A stretch of DNA of 64,000 nucleotides from Octopus vulgaris (lineage: Eukaryota): NCBI GenBank assembly GCA_951406725.2, contig OX597816.1, positions 31,806,001 to 31,870,000 on the forward strand, written 5' to 3'. Both the position numbers and the translations under genes were made by a program. How positions within the stretch are numbered: the first letter of the stretch is position 1; each line of letters opens with the position of its first letter. The notes beneath the pieces are model-generated. The model was not told where the DNA came from and ran no database searches. It saw only the letters and a program-made list of their open reading frames with translations. This document shows, piece by piece, positions 25,442 to 38,300 of the stretch.

Positions 25442-27109
25442 GTATTGCAGGCAATAAAATTTTCATATCAGAGGATAGATGTCGCATAACTTGTTAAAGA
25501 TTGATCTTAGTGAAAGTTTCCAATTCAAGTAGTGAGTATTAGTGTGAAACACATTTCTAAGTATGGAAGGTGCTCCCGATAGACGAGTAAATCTATGGAT
25601 ATTCATTCATAATTCCGGATTTCGTTATCGCATAATAATTTGTATCGGTATCACATACTAATTTGGTGACTAATATATTGTAAATGTATTGGAAATATTA
25701 ACAATGAAAAAAAGAAAATATTATAAACAGAAATAAAACAAAACTGAAACACTGATCACTGGAAATGTTGGTCCCTAAATTTAATTCAGAAAGTGTAAAA
25801 TTAAGTGGGAAATTAAGAATAATCATGGCAAACACAACTAAGTGGCATGTTTAATATGTACAAAAACAAACTTAAGAGAGAATATGTTATCAATGTGAAC
25901 AGGATTATAATTAAATATGTGGAAGATACAATGGCATATAATTTGAAAAGTAGATATTTTATAATTCATAATCTACAGTAATTAGAACTGAAATAGGATA
26001 ACAGTTATGGGTAATCAACATATTTTCCAGTGAAAGAAATAAAGATAAACTCGGAGGCAGATAACGCAAATAGGAGATAAAATAGCAGAAAAAAGTTAAA
26101 TTGGAGAATTCCCTTTCGTATCTAGCATATAACAACTTATAAATGCTTGAAATAAAGAAAGAAGTTATGAATTTCTATACGAGAAATATTACTATATCAT
26201 TATCACTGATCACAACGATTACACGCAGGAGAGAAAAAAAAACATTAATGAAAATAGAACATGCGAGTATTTCAGTATAGCATTTTGATAGAATTACAAG
26301 AGGATCTCGACCAATATTATACTTGCAGTGAACATACTTCTACTTTTGCTGTAAATTGCATTTTATCTTTATAACAGACGGACGAAAGAAATAACGATCA
26401 TATAAGCAAGAAAATTGCTGCCAAAAGTAATATAATTGCTACACATATCAAGTAAAATATTATTAAGACACTCTTATATCTTCATGAATATCGTAAAAAA
26501 CGAAGCCTCTCATGTTACATAAACTTTTGAGTTCACAGGCTTTGATCTTTACAGAAATATCTTTCGAAAATAATTCCGCGCCCTGTAGCAAGAATATTAC
26601 TGAATCAGTCACTAACACGTGATACTTTTAATGTGTGACTTCCACTGGTGTTGTATACTTGATGTACATTCTATATTTTAGTAACCGTATACAACTCATC
26701 ATCTTATACGGCATCTAAACTATAGAACTCTTAAAGAATGCTCAAATATTCCTGAAATGATGTGATTCTTTCTCTCTTTCTGCATCCTCAATTGCAGCAA
26801 ATAGTAAAAAGAAAAGCAAAGATCCCGCTGCTGCCCTGGGCAATGTAACTTATCCTTTAACGGACATCGCTCTTTGCGAGTATATATAGTGCGCACCCTT
26901 CATATATCCTAAAATATCTCCCCACGTCTTCAACTTTTCTATCAATTCACATACATTTTGAAAGAAACTTTCAAGCTATACGTTTTATTTCAAGTCAGTG
27001 TTGAATGGGCTATGATAATTGTTTTAGTATTTCATTCTGTTTTCTAAATTTTTGTGGTAATGAAATGGTTTTGTTTTCGTAAAGTTAGCCTATCACTTCC
27101 CAACACTCA

Positions 27110-27600
27110 CTTCAAATTTTGGCACAAGACCACCGTTTTTTGAGTGTGTTTTACCTCGAAAGGATGAAAGGCAAAGTCGACCTCGGCATAATTTGAACTC
27201 AATGCCACTACGCAAATTTTTCTGGGTGTGCTAATGATTCTACCAGTTCAACATGTGTTAATGTTACAAACACTAATAAGGCGGCAAACCGACATAATCA
27301 GTAGAACACTGAGCAGCGATTCGTCCGCTTTTACGTCATGAGTTCAAATTTAGCTGAGATCAGCTTTCTCTTTCATCGCTTTTGCGGGTAATTAAATAAG
27401 TACCAGTCCCCACACTGAAATTGCTGGCCTTGTGCCAAATTTTGAACCTTCGGTAAGCTGGGAAAATAATTAGATCACCAGGCAAAATGCTTACCAGCAT
27501 TTCGTCCATCCGCATCTTCTGAGTTTAAATTCCGCCGAAATCGACTTTGCGTTTCAACTTTCCATGGTCGATAAAATAAGTATAAGCTGAAGACTAGAGG
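27110..27600. mobile_element. Cluster of decayed SINE pieces in both orientations
   Basis: Repeated gagttcaaattccgccga.gtcgactttgc..ttcatcc...aaataagtaccag motif, as at 54927-55320. 27270-27550 is also similar to 29155-29415. Confidence 0.75.
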
Positions 27601-28067
27601 TGATGATACAAAACTCGATGACTGGAAAATGTTATTTACATCAACTAAGCACGGCCACAGACAACTATCAAATCACCGAACACAAGGTTATTCCCATTGA
27701 GATTTAGAAATTGACGTATTTATCAAGGCTTGGGGTAACATTTTGTTTACATATGAGAAAGTTGCAATATATTTCTAAGCTACACATCTGAAAACAAGCT
27801 AAAATTGTATGCCATTTCACAAGTAGGTCTTTTCTATGTGTAATACATTTAAGCCTCTGGTGTGTAGATATTTTTTTCCACCTCTTCATTTTGGATTCAC
27901 TTTGAGTAAATCTCGCGAATGAAAATTCCACGTCGTGCGCACAGAATTTAGATCTTTGCAAGATATTTCGTATTGGTTTGCACTTGTCAGGCAGGGAGTA
28001 ATGAAGAGTATTTTACTCTTCGCATATTTCTACCGCAACCCCACTTTTATGGCATACGCAGCTTTTA

Positions 28068-28071
28068 TAGC

Positions 28072-28106
<35 letters not shown>

Positions 28107-28119
28107 AGTCAGTAGTTGT

Positions 28120-28154
<35 letters not shown>

Positions 28155-28293
28155 TAGTAGAAGCAGCAGTGGTGGTGGTGGTGGTAATAGTAGTACTCCT
28201 ACTACTAGTAGTAGTTGTAGCAGCAGCAGTAGTAATTGTAGAAGGAGCAGCAGCAGCGGTGGTGGTGGTAGTAGTAAGTTATAGTAGTAGAAT

Positions 28294-28326
<33 letters not shown>

Positions 28327-28540
28327 CAGTAGCAGCGGCAGTCGTGGTAGTAGTAAGTTGTAGCAGTAGTAGTACAGAGTAGTAAAAATGAAAATGAAGA
28401 AGAAAGAGAAGCGGAAAAAAACCCGAACGAAGATGTGTTGATGACGGGAATGATAATGACGACGACCACGTCGGTGATGATGATGGTGATGAAGATGATG
28501 CTGAGGATGATGATGGTGGTGATGATGATACCTATGGTGA
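28068..28540. repeat. Compound trinucleotide microsatellite (GTA/GCA/GTG, then GAT)
   Basis: Direct reading. Confidence 0.9.
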
Positions 28541-29154
28541 CGGATATAAATACGTTTATTTCACCAATGTTCGTGATATTAAGTAGCAAGCAAAATATTT
28601 TAGAAGTTTCAAGAAACGCGATTTCTAAAAAGAATAAATATAATGATTTGAAGAAGTAAAAGTTGATGTCAATGAATCTGTGAATTCATTAATGCATTTT
28701 TGGAATGTACGAACAAATATCTTGGTCTGATCTAATTATCTAAGCTAACCATAGAAATGCATCGTTCTGAATTGTAATGGTTTCTTCTATTCTAAATATA
28801 TTTATCGTTTGAAGACTGGCGAAAATGTCGTTGAATCCCGTAACTACATAAAATATCAAACATGAATCACAGCACTTACCAATAAAATTACGTTCCTACA
28901 TACGTACATACAAGCAGGCATACGCATATATACATATATATTCATATTTATATATAAATAAGTGTATATATGGATATATACATACCTATTTATCTATCTA
29001 GCTATCTGTCTGTATGTGTGTGTTTCAGTGTGTATACATATATTAAAGCTGCAAAATATCACAAAACACACTCAGAGTTCTACATTCCCGTTCGTTGGAC
29101 AGTTGTGATTCTACCGGTTCAACATCTTAGGTTTTGTGATAATGTTACAATTAC

Positions 29155-29420
29155 TAATAAGTCGGCCAACTGATATACTCATTAGAACACTGGGCGAAAT
29201 GATTAGCAGCGATTCGTCGTGAGTTCAATTTTAGCTGAGATCAACTTTCTCTTTCATCACTTTCCAGGCAATTAAAGAAGTACTAGTCCCCACCCTGAAA
29301 TTGCTGACCTTGTGCCAAAATGTGAAAATTCGGCAAGCTGGGAGAATATTTTTCTTACCAGCATTTCGTCCATCTGCACCTTCTGAGTTTAAATTCCGCC
29401 GAAAGCGACTTTGCTGTTCC
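29155..29420 (+). mobile_element. Decayed SINE (dimer-like)
   Basis: Similar to 27270-27550. Confidence 0.7.
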
Positions 29421-29549
29421 ATGAATGGGAAAATGAAACCCAAAAGTAACAGTTGTGTATGTTTTCATCATTAAAAAAATGTATTTTACCCTACTTTAGG
29501 TGTTCGATTACTATTTATCGATCTTATTTTGCCGATATGTGCTTCATTG

Positions 29550-29588
<39 letters not shown>

Positions 29589-29677
29589 TTTGATACTTTG
29601 ATACTTTGATAGGTTTCGGCCATCATTGGCCCAGGCCATGTCTAACTTAATAGCACCACCTGGTGAAGTCTTTCAAG

Positions 29678-32600
29678 TCAGAATTTGGGCACTATGGCCC
29701 ACTCAAGTAGAGAGTTATTGTTTACAGAGACATATCCGGGTGTAGGGGGTATATCCGGGATTTCTTGAAGGAATCTGTCCAAAGACTTCTTGAACCCTAT
29801 AGGGTCAGTTTCTGTTTTAATGTGTTTTGGTGTAATGTTAAAGAGAGCGGGGCCAATTGAGGTGAAATAATTGTGCCGTATTGTTGTTATGAGATGAGAG
29901 TGCGATTTTTGTTTTGGGCGGATGGCACGGGGCCCAAGCCTTGGATGTACCTTAAAGGTGATGCCAACATCATTTGGGCAATGCTGATGGAATATTTTCC
30001 ACATCATGCAGATGATGTAGCGCTCACGACGACGTTGGAGAGAATAGAGTTTTAGCTTTTCTAGTCGACCCCAATAGTCGAGGCCTGTCATGCCATCTAT
30101 TTTTTTTGTGATTGCTCTTTGAGGTGCTTCAACTTTTATGATACCTTGTATTGTGTGGGGAGACCACAGTGGACAACAGTATTCAAGGTGGGGTCGGGCA
30201 AAAGTGGAGAAGAGAAGGATAATGGTGTGGATATCTCTCGACTGGAAAGTTCTGAGAATCCAGGAACACATTCTGCGGGCTATGTCAACTTTGGTGTTTA
30301 TATGAGTGGCCCAGCTTATGTTGTTGTCCATAATTACTCCCAGGTCTCTGATGTTGTTGGACGCCGCGAGAGTTTCACCTGAAGGAAGGGAGTATGGGAG
30401 TTTCAGGGCATCCTCTTTTCCAAAGTGGATTAGCTCAAATTTATCCTCGTTCAGCAGCATATTGTTTTTTTCTGCCCATTGGATAACAGCCAGTAGATCT
30501 GACTGAAGGCATGTCCGGTCACTCGCCTCATTTATGACCTTCTGTAGCTTGGAGTCATCTGCAAAGATTTTTATGTTGCTGTGCTTGATGATGTCATTAA
30601 TGTCATTAATATAAATGATGAAAAGAAGTGGGCCCAGCACAGTGCCTTGCGGAACGCCACTACTGACTTTGTCTGGGCTTGATTTTACTCCTTCAACTAC
30701 AACATGTTGAGATCTGTCTGTCAGGAAACACTTGATCCATTTCAGTAACTTTCCAGAGACACCAATGTTGGATATTTTTTCTCAAAAGGATCTTGTGATC
30801 GACCCTGTCGAAGGCCTTACTGAAATCAAGGTAGATGACATCGGTGTTGGAGCCCTCTCCCAAAGCTCTCAAAATGTCCTCAAAGTGATGCAGGAGCTGC
30901 GTTAGGCAGTCCCTTCCATTACGGAACCCATGTTGGTTGGAGATCAGCCGTCTGTTGCTTTCCAGAAATTGGGTTATTCGAGATCTCACCACCCTCTCAA
31001 ATACCTTGATGATATGAGAGGTGAGTGAGATCGGACGGTAATTCACTGCAAGGGACTTGTTTCCCTTTTTGAAAACTGGGACAGAAGGTTTTTTTGGAAT
31101 ATAGCCAGCATCCAGTGAGTTTCTCCACAGATTAGCAAGGGGAGATGCAAGTTGGTGTCGACAAACCTTCAGGACACAAGCAAGGAACCTATCGGGGCCT
31201 ACTGCTGAATTGTGTTTTATTTCGTTTATCGCCGCTAAGACATCAGGGGCACTAAACGTTATGTCCGATATAGTGTGTTGGGGGTTGACATCACTGATAC
31301 AGCCCAGATCGGCCATATCAGGATTGCTGAAAACAGAGCAGTATTGTTTCTGCAGTATCTCGGCCATGGATTTGGCATTATCTTGGAGAGTGCCAGTTTC
31401 GTCAATTAGAGGGCCTACAGTGGAGACAGTGACCCTGCGTCTCCTCGCAAATGAAAAGAACACTTTGGGGTTGAGTTTGATTTTTTCAATGGCCCACTTC
31501 TCCGCAGCTGATCTTTGGTTATTGATGAGGGTCTTCATGCATTTTTGGAGGTTATATTTTTTGGATTCAAGCAATGCGATAGCCGTCGAATGTGTGTGTT
31601 GCTGTTGGCAGTACTTTAGTTTGTTAATATTTTTGTTTGTTCTTTTTATTTTTCTGATAATGTTTTTTCTGTTTTGGGGGATTCTGCACTTTTTGTTCAC
31701 AGGTCTTGGTGGGGAGTGTTTTGCACATATGTCTGTGATGGTGTCTACAAAGATCTGCCAAGATGTTTTATGGTTGGTGGAGATGTGTGTATGTGTAAAG
31801 GACCAGTCAACATATGATAGCTCGTTCCTGATTGCATCCCAGTTGGCATTATGGAGATCCATGTTGTCAAATGGGTGGGCTGGAGGAAGGTCACTAGGAT
31901 TAGCTTTCGGCTGGTGGAATTTCATGTTACAGAGAACCATGTCATGGTCTGAAAGAAGGGTTTTTTCCACTGTAACGTTATGTATAGTGTTAGTGTGGTT
32001 ACTAAACACTAGGTCCAAAATGTTCTGATGTCTTGTTGGTGCAAGGACAAGTTGGGACAAGAAAAACTCATTCGTAAAGTCGAAAAGTGACTCTGCTGCT
32101 TCTTTGTCAGCGGTTGAGGCGGGAGTGCTTGGTTTCAAACAGTTTGTAGTCCAGTCAACACAGGGTAGATTGAAGTCTCCCATCATGAGTATGTTGCTAG
32201 AATGGCACTGTTGAATAAAGCACTTAATGCTGTTGAGGCATTCTTTAAAGCACAGTATGGGTGTTTGGGGCGGCCTATAGAGCCCAATTACTGTCAGGTC
32301 ATTGGCTTTGTTGTGAACGGTGACTGATTCACAGTAGCCGTTGGAGAATATACTACTTCCATCTGCCGTAAAAGAATCATGCAGGAAAATGGCAGTTCCA
32401 CCCTTCCTCCTGCCGATACGATCCGCGCGGATGGTTGTGAAATTCTTCACTCTCACTTCGGCTTCCAAGTGGGAGTTGTCAAGGTGGGTCTCAGTGAGAA
32501 TGAAGAAAGGGATGTGGTGTGAATGGTTACCAACCCAGTCTTCAATGAATTGGACCTTCCATTTTTGTGCATTGATGGAAGGGCTGACACCTTGTGCATT

Positions 32601-32702
32601 GAGTAGGAATGTGGAGGTTAGTGTAGTGGCTGGTTTTGACTGTTGCAGGGGGCTTGGATTTTTTGTGTGTGTTAGTGGCAGCAATGTGGGGAATTGGTGC
32701 AC
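29678..32702 (-). pseudogene. LINE ORF2: apurinic-like endonuclease plus reverse transcriptase, split by one +1 frameshift at 30775-30780
   Basis: LTETHL, YRPP, MGDFN, LDLVFS, SDH (APE). NYRPISLTS, QHGFR, YLDFSKAFD, GVPQGTVLGPLLF, FADDSKL (RT). RPHLEYC..W, LYSLQRRR (CR1/L2-type C-terminus). Confidence 0.92.
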
Positions 32703-33913
32703 TGGGGTAATAGCATAGGATGGTGTTGAGTGATGGTTAGAATGTTTTTGTGTATCTCTTTTGCCATGTTCAACATGGCTAAAAAAGAATTTTCCTGCTT
32801 AGGGAGCACTTTTTGGCTGGAGGTGTGGTTGCACTGTTGGATAGGGTTGTAGTTTCCACTTTTGTTGTTGTTGTTTATGTGTCTTCCTGAAAAGACTGGA
32901 CCAGCATTACTGCAGCATGGTGTGTTTCTATTTTTATTTTTATTCAGGTTTGTGTGTTGGCTTGAAGCCCCGTTTCTGTTTGTGCGTCGGGTCCCTGGAA
33001 GATGAGTGAAGGGACAGTCACTCAGCAGACATGTTCTCTCACGTTGGGAATACCGGCAGATTTTGGGACTCCGAGTTGTCTGTGTTTTGAATTTCGATTT
33101 ACTATTTGGTGGTGTTGATGTTATTGTGGGATGCGTGCTTTGGCCTTGGCCGGTAGTGCGTCTAGTGCCGGGTAGATGCGTGAAGATGCAGTCACTATTT
33201 GTGCAGAGTCTCTGGCGCAGTGAATAGCGGCATATTTGGGGATTTCTTGTTTGTGCCGTGGGGGGCGCATTCTGCTTCCTATGTTTCATTAAGTTTTTGT
33301 TACTGCAGTAGTATTGAGGTGGTGATGTGGGGGAAGAGGACAGTGATTTCTTATTTGGTTTTCTGTTGGTATTTTTGGTGATAGAAGACGATGGTGGCAG
33401 CGGTGGTGATGATGATGATGATGATAATTGTGGTGGTTGCCGTGAGAGCGGTGAAAAGATACTGGCATTTAGTGAATCATCTAGTAAGCTAGAGTTGAGG
33501 AGTGGCTGTTGTTGTTCTTGTTGCTGTGGCTGTTGTTGTTCTTGTTGTGCTTGACCGATGTTAGGTTCAGCCATTGTGCTGGGAACCAGGAGTGGCTCAT
33601 TCTGTTGTTGTTGTTGTTGTTGTTGTTGTGGCTGCTGATTTTCTAGCTGTTGCTGTTCTTGAACTGTGAAAATATGAAGAAGCTTTTCATAATGGGCTTT
33701 TGTCAGTTTGAAAGATACTTCGATATGTTTCAGTTTGCTATGAATCTGTTTGACGGATCGTGTGTTGACCACTTGTGATGTTTTTTCGGCAATCTCATTC
33801 ATACACAAAACATTTAGATTTTCTGTTTGGGAATGAGAGAACCATGTGTTTATTAAAACATCAATTTCGTTATCAGACCAATTTCGTCTGTTGCAGGCCT
33901 GCAAGTTAGTCAT
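32672..33913 (-). CDS. LINE ORF1: N-terminal Myb/SANT-like segment, polyQ/Ser-rich linker and two CCCH zinc fingers
   Basis: Intact 413-aa ORF upstream of ORF2. WSDNEIDVLINTW; CRYSLRQRLCTNSDCIFTH and CRYSQRERTCLLSDCPFTH. Confidence 0.8.
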   Translation of the reverse strand: MTNLQACNRRNWSDNEIDVLINTWFSHSQTENLNVLCMNEIAEKTSQVVNTRSVKQIHSKLKHIEVSFKLTKAHYEKLLHIFTVQEQQQLENQQPQQQQQQQQQNEPLLVPSTMAEPNIGQAQQEQQQPQQQEQQQPLLNSSLLDDSLNASIFSPLSRQPPQLSSSSSSPPLPPSSSITKNTNRKPNKKSLSSSPTSPPQYYCSNKNLMKHRKQNAPPTAQTRNPQICRYSLRQRLCTNSDCIFTHLPGTRRTTGQGQSTHPTITSTPPNSKSKFKTQTTRSPKICRYSQRERTCLLSDCPFTHLPGTRRTNRNGASSQHTNLNKNKNRNTPCCSNAGPVFSGRHINNNNKSGNYNPIQQCNHTSSQKVLPKQENSFLAMLNMAKEIHKNILTITQHHPMLLPQCTNSPHCCH

Positions 33914-34223
33914 GTTTGTTTTTCTTTTGTTTGTTTTCCTTTTGATTTTTGAAAATATATATATTCTTTCTTGGGAGTTAAAGAAGTGTATATATATATA
34001 AATGTTCTCTCTTAAGGGTGTGAGTTTTTGATTATTTGGTTGTTTGAGGATATTAAAAGAAAAACAGGTGTATATAACAATTTGTAGTTAAATGAAAACG
34101 TACTTACGGGTTTGTAGGCAAACACGTGGTTACAAATATATATATATTTAAGGTCAGTTAGGTTTTGAAGCTGTGTAGCTTGCTACTGACTTGGGAGAGA
34201 AACAAATAGACAAACAATAGAGA

Positions 34224-34295
<72 letters not shown>

Positions 34296-35202
34296 CAAAT
34301 GAAACGACAGGATATCAAGTAGTTATGCAGTACGACCGTTTCAAGCAGCTCCACTTAACTGAAAAATGCAATCATTGCATGCACAAATGAATGGAATTTT
34401 AACCTGTTTGACACATTATTGTAATTTTTCTCAAATACTTTACCAGAACAAGAAGATGGAAGAAATTATCTTGTCGATATTGTAGCTAAAAATAGACTAC
34501 ATGTCCAAGAATCGCGTGAAGCCCATTGGGATCATAGCCTGTGAAGGATTGTAAAACACTTTTAATTCATTTATCTCATTATCATCTACTGAATTTCAGG
34601 CTAGATGACCGTCTCTTTTGAATAGAGGACAAGAGTGAGTTGACAGCTCATGGCTAGATAGTGTCATAAATATTGTTATATGTATCCTTATTCCTCAGGA
34701 AATAAGGAATTAAGAGTAGTCAAGTGGATATAGAGTAACAGTCTATAAAATGATGCTGGGTAGCGGAATACTTTAAATGATGATGCTAATTATGAGTTAA
34801 AGGGGCAAGACGTTAAGAAACCTAGAACGTTAATACAGATTAAAATTGATGTTGATTGGTTATAAACAATAGTGTTATGCTGTATAAAAATCAAAATTGA
34901 GATTTTCAAAAATGATATCAACCAAAATAAGTAAAGTGTGTGTATATATCAATCATAAACATTAAAAAGGCAAGATAGCATATAATCAGTTGAATATATA
35001 TTCAGCTACTTAATTACTTAGTTGGTGGTTTCTATAATGACTACTCTGAGCATTTACTAATGGAATACTAGAAAGATATCCATGCTTCCTATGTATTAAT
35101 TTTAATCAATGAATCAGAAAACAAAATATAATAAGGACGTGTACAGATGCACACACACATATACAAATATACGTACATACATATATATACATACACACAC
35201 AT

Positions 35203-35310
<108 letters not shown>

Positions 35311-38300
35311 TGACATATCTTCACATGATAATTCCGTGTGCTTGCTTGTTTGAAATATTCGCCACAACGACATACCGATGGATGATTTTGAGAAATTTCA
35401 AAAAGCTGCACCTTGTTTTGGACATAGATCACATGATATAAATGTTATTAATGTACACCAGTTCTTTCCTTTAATGTTATGTTCCCGTGTCAGGGTAGCA
35501 TTTTCTCAGGATTCTGCAGTAAGTTTATATACATCAATATCAGTTCCATCATCCTACTCTCAAGCTGCCAAAATTCTACCGAGGGATTTCTTAGAAAATC
35601 GTGCCTCTCAAAATTTGTAGACGGGGATCCATTCCCGGGGACATTATAATACACATCAAGTATGACTGCAATAAAAAAGAAATAAGAGAAATTATGAGAT
35701 AGGGAAAACATCCACCGCGCTATCCTGCTTCATCTGTGGAATACTTGATCATGGAAAAGACTTAACAGGAAACGGAATATTATTGACATCACCCAGTCTT
35801 TCTCACATAGTGATTCAGATTAACCCACTTCGTAGGAATCTTTACAAACTCCTCCAACAATTTCTCAGTGAATAGCAAGTATTAACAAATTATTGCCAGT
35901 AGCGGCACACCCACCCTGTTAATGCATTTCATGCCTGTGGATACTGATAATATGGACAAACCACCCTAATCAACTCGCGCTTATTGTCAAAGGTTTTAAC
36001 CCTTTCCTATATATTACACGCCACCGATTTTGTTCAAGCAAACACGAGTTTTTACCCAACACTCTCAAAATGGTTATTGCCATGTAAAGTCCGTTGTGGT
36101 TAACTGATTTAAACTGATTCGAACGCTAAACCTTGCCAACATCTTACCTGAAATGATGTTGCTGAATATAATATGGCATTCATTTTCTATCCCAGAATGT
36201 GGAAGGAGATTCCTGCCAACACCTTATGTGTAGTCTTTACAATAAATATGACAAAGATATTTACTTTGATTTTGGCCATGAGGCCAGAGCAGAGCAACAG
36301 ATGTCTTCACACATCTTTAACCGCTTTTTAACTCCTCACTTATATCAGAGGAACTAACGAGAAAGATTTTCCAAACTGTTATTAAATATACACAACGAAA
36401 GAATTTCCTACATAATGTATTAGGTTCGCGTTAAAAAAAACTCTTCCGTGCGTCTATAAGAAAAAATATTAAGTTGGAGATTTCTGAATATCGATGTATT
36501 TTCAGAAACTAAATTTAGTGTATTCTCAGGTTTATTTGGTTAGCATACAACATGAGTAATGAGTCTTGAGTGGCTTACTACAGTCGAAGACAAGCCATTT
36601 CCAAGAGACAGCATACATTGTAGTTTTGGCAAATATAGTGAGGAGGTACAACTCCTATTGTTGAACGGTCGGAGTGTGGTGGTCAATTGTTCATCTCAAT
36701 TATGATACTTTCCATTTGTTTTGTTTGTCTGGTCAGAGAGTGCATTAAACGTAAACATTTGGGAGTAAAACTTGAAACTAAGGCGAGGAATGTGATACAA
36801 TATAACTTTACGCGTATCACAACTAGTAGCATTACTGAATAAATAATAAGCAGTCTTTTAGAGAGAGGAGTGGTGAAGGAATAACATAGACCTAGGAGAA
36901 TGAAAATGTGATTTTTATTTAGAAATTGTAGTTTGAGTTATATTATAGGGAGACGTACATGTCTTCCAGAGATATATACAATGTGAGATCAGGTGGTCTA
37001 ATGAATCGGAAAGCCACGACTAGACGTGGGTAGGAATGTTTGTGAAATATGCCTTTGTAGTGTTTGCAAAGATGCACAGGGTTATTCAAGATATGTTGTA
37101 GGTGTAAAATCTATGAAAATTGGTAACGGAATGTTTAATGTATTTAGATATTCGGACAATGCTAACAGCATATGGATGAGTTCATAAATATTTTGTCTGA
37201 AATATGATAAGCAAATGCGCACCACTTACATTCAAGTGGTGAATCGGAGAAAAATCTATTTCATATATACATTGATCCAGTTACGCATAGGTGAGAAACC
37301 GTACATTCTCTTTGTGTCCAATAATTCCACCACACTACTTAATTCTAGATCCGAATTTTTTAACATATGCAAGCACATGGATAACTTTGTATTGTCGAGT
37401 GGAGAAAAACCTCTGATCCCAAACTACTTTGTTCTCTTTTGAGCCACTAATAACAGAGAATTTATTTAATTAGGTGTTTAAATTTAGAAGACTGCTGCTT
37501 TGATCTTATTTCACTTTTGAAAACATGATATTTTAAGAATAGTTATTCTTATCACCTCTAGGTAAATCTGAACGTAAAATATCCTGGCCGATGTAATGTA
37601 TGTCTAAAGGGAATAAGTTATTTCTTTAAGACAAGTGTGTTCAACACACCGTTGTACGACATGCGGCATATTGGTCAGAAATATTTGGAAATTTGGGTCT
37701 GGGGTAGACCGCTTGTATTTTCTATGCTTTAAAAGAAACGGAATCTTTTTTCTGATTATTACTTTATACCTGCCAATCCATACAAATCTTTCGTTGCACT
37801 CTCTAAGGCGGGGCAAACATGTATAATTGTACAACTTATTTCTTCTTAATATGCATATTATTTCCGAGCAGAGGAGGAGGATATAGCAGGGCAATGATTC
37901 TTTTATCGGGTAGTATATAGTTCTGAAACCATAAAGAAAATCAGCGTCTTTCGTCAGTCTAACGATTCTGGTAACAAATACAGGATACATGTTAACAGAG
38001 AGTGAATTCCAGAAGGCTGGCAATTTGGGGATTAATGATACGGTGGAGAAACTAACGTGCGGTCAAGGTCATCGGACGCAAATCTGCTGAACAACAGTAG
38101 AAAGTGGGCCAGAGTAGAAATTTCTGACATCAGATTGCATGAGGTCAGACAGTCCAAAATCGCAGAGGTCATTAGAGCATAAGTAAATATGACTGACAAA
38201 AGAGCTTCGATGCACAACGGGGAACTGGAGTGTGATGTAAATTGCTTCTTAACAATCAATTGAATAGCCACATTGGATGAATTATAGAATGTCTGTGTGC

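Larger units (their letters stand above)
29587..34229 (-). mobile_element. Apparently full-length CR1/L2-group LINE inserted in (TA)n
   Basis: 5' UTR, ORF1, ORF2 (APE+RT), short 3' UTR with a GGCC stem-loop and an (ATCAAAGT)3 tail at 29587-29610. (TA)n at both flanks. Confidence 0.9.

Noticed and set aside
31210-32028. 272-aa plus-strand ORF (and the similar 5318-5848 minus ORF and 18044-20520 plus ORFs)
   Set aside because: These are antisense shadows of transposon coding sequence with no independent motifs.
37600-38275. Moderately GC-richer region with 139-aa and 79-aa minus ORFs, a possible ancient RT or exon remnant
   Set aside because: No motif could be recognised with confidence and there is no supportable splice structure.
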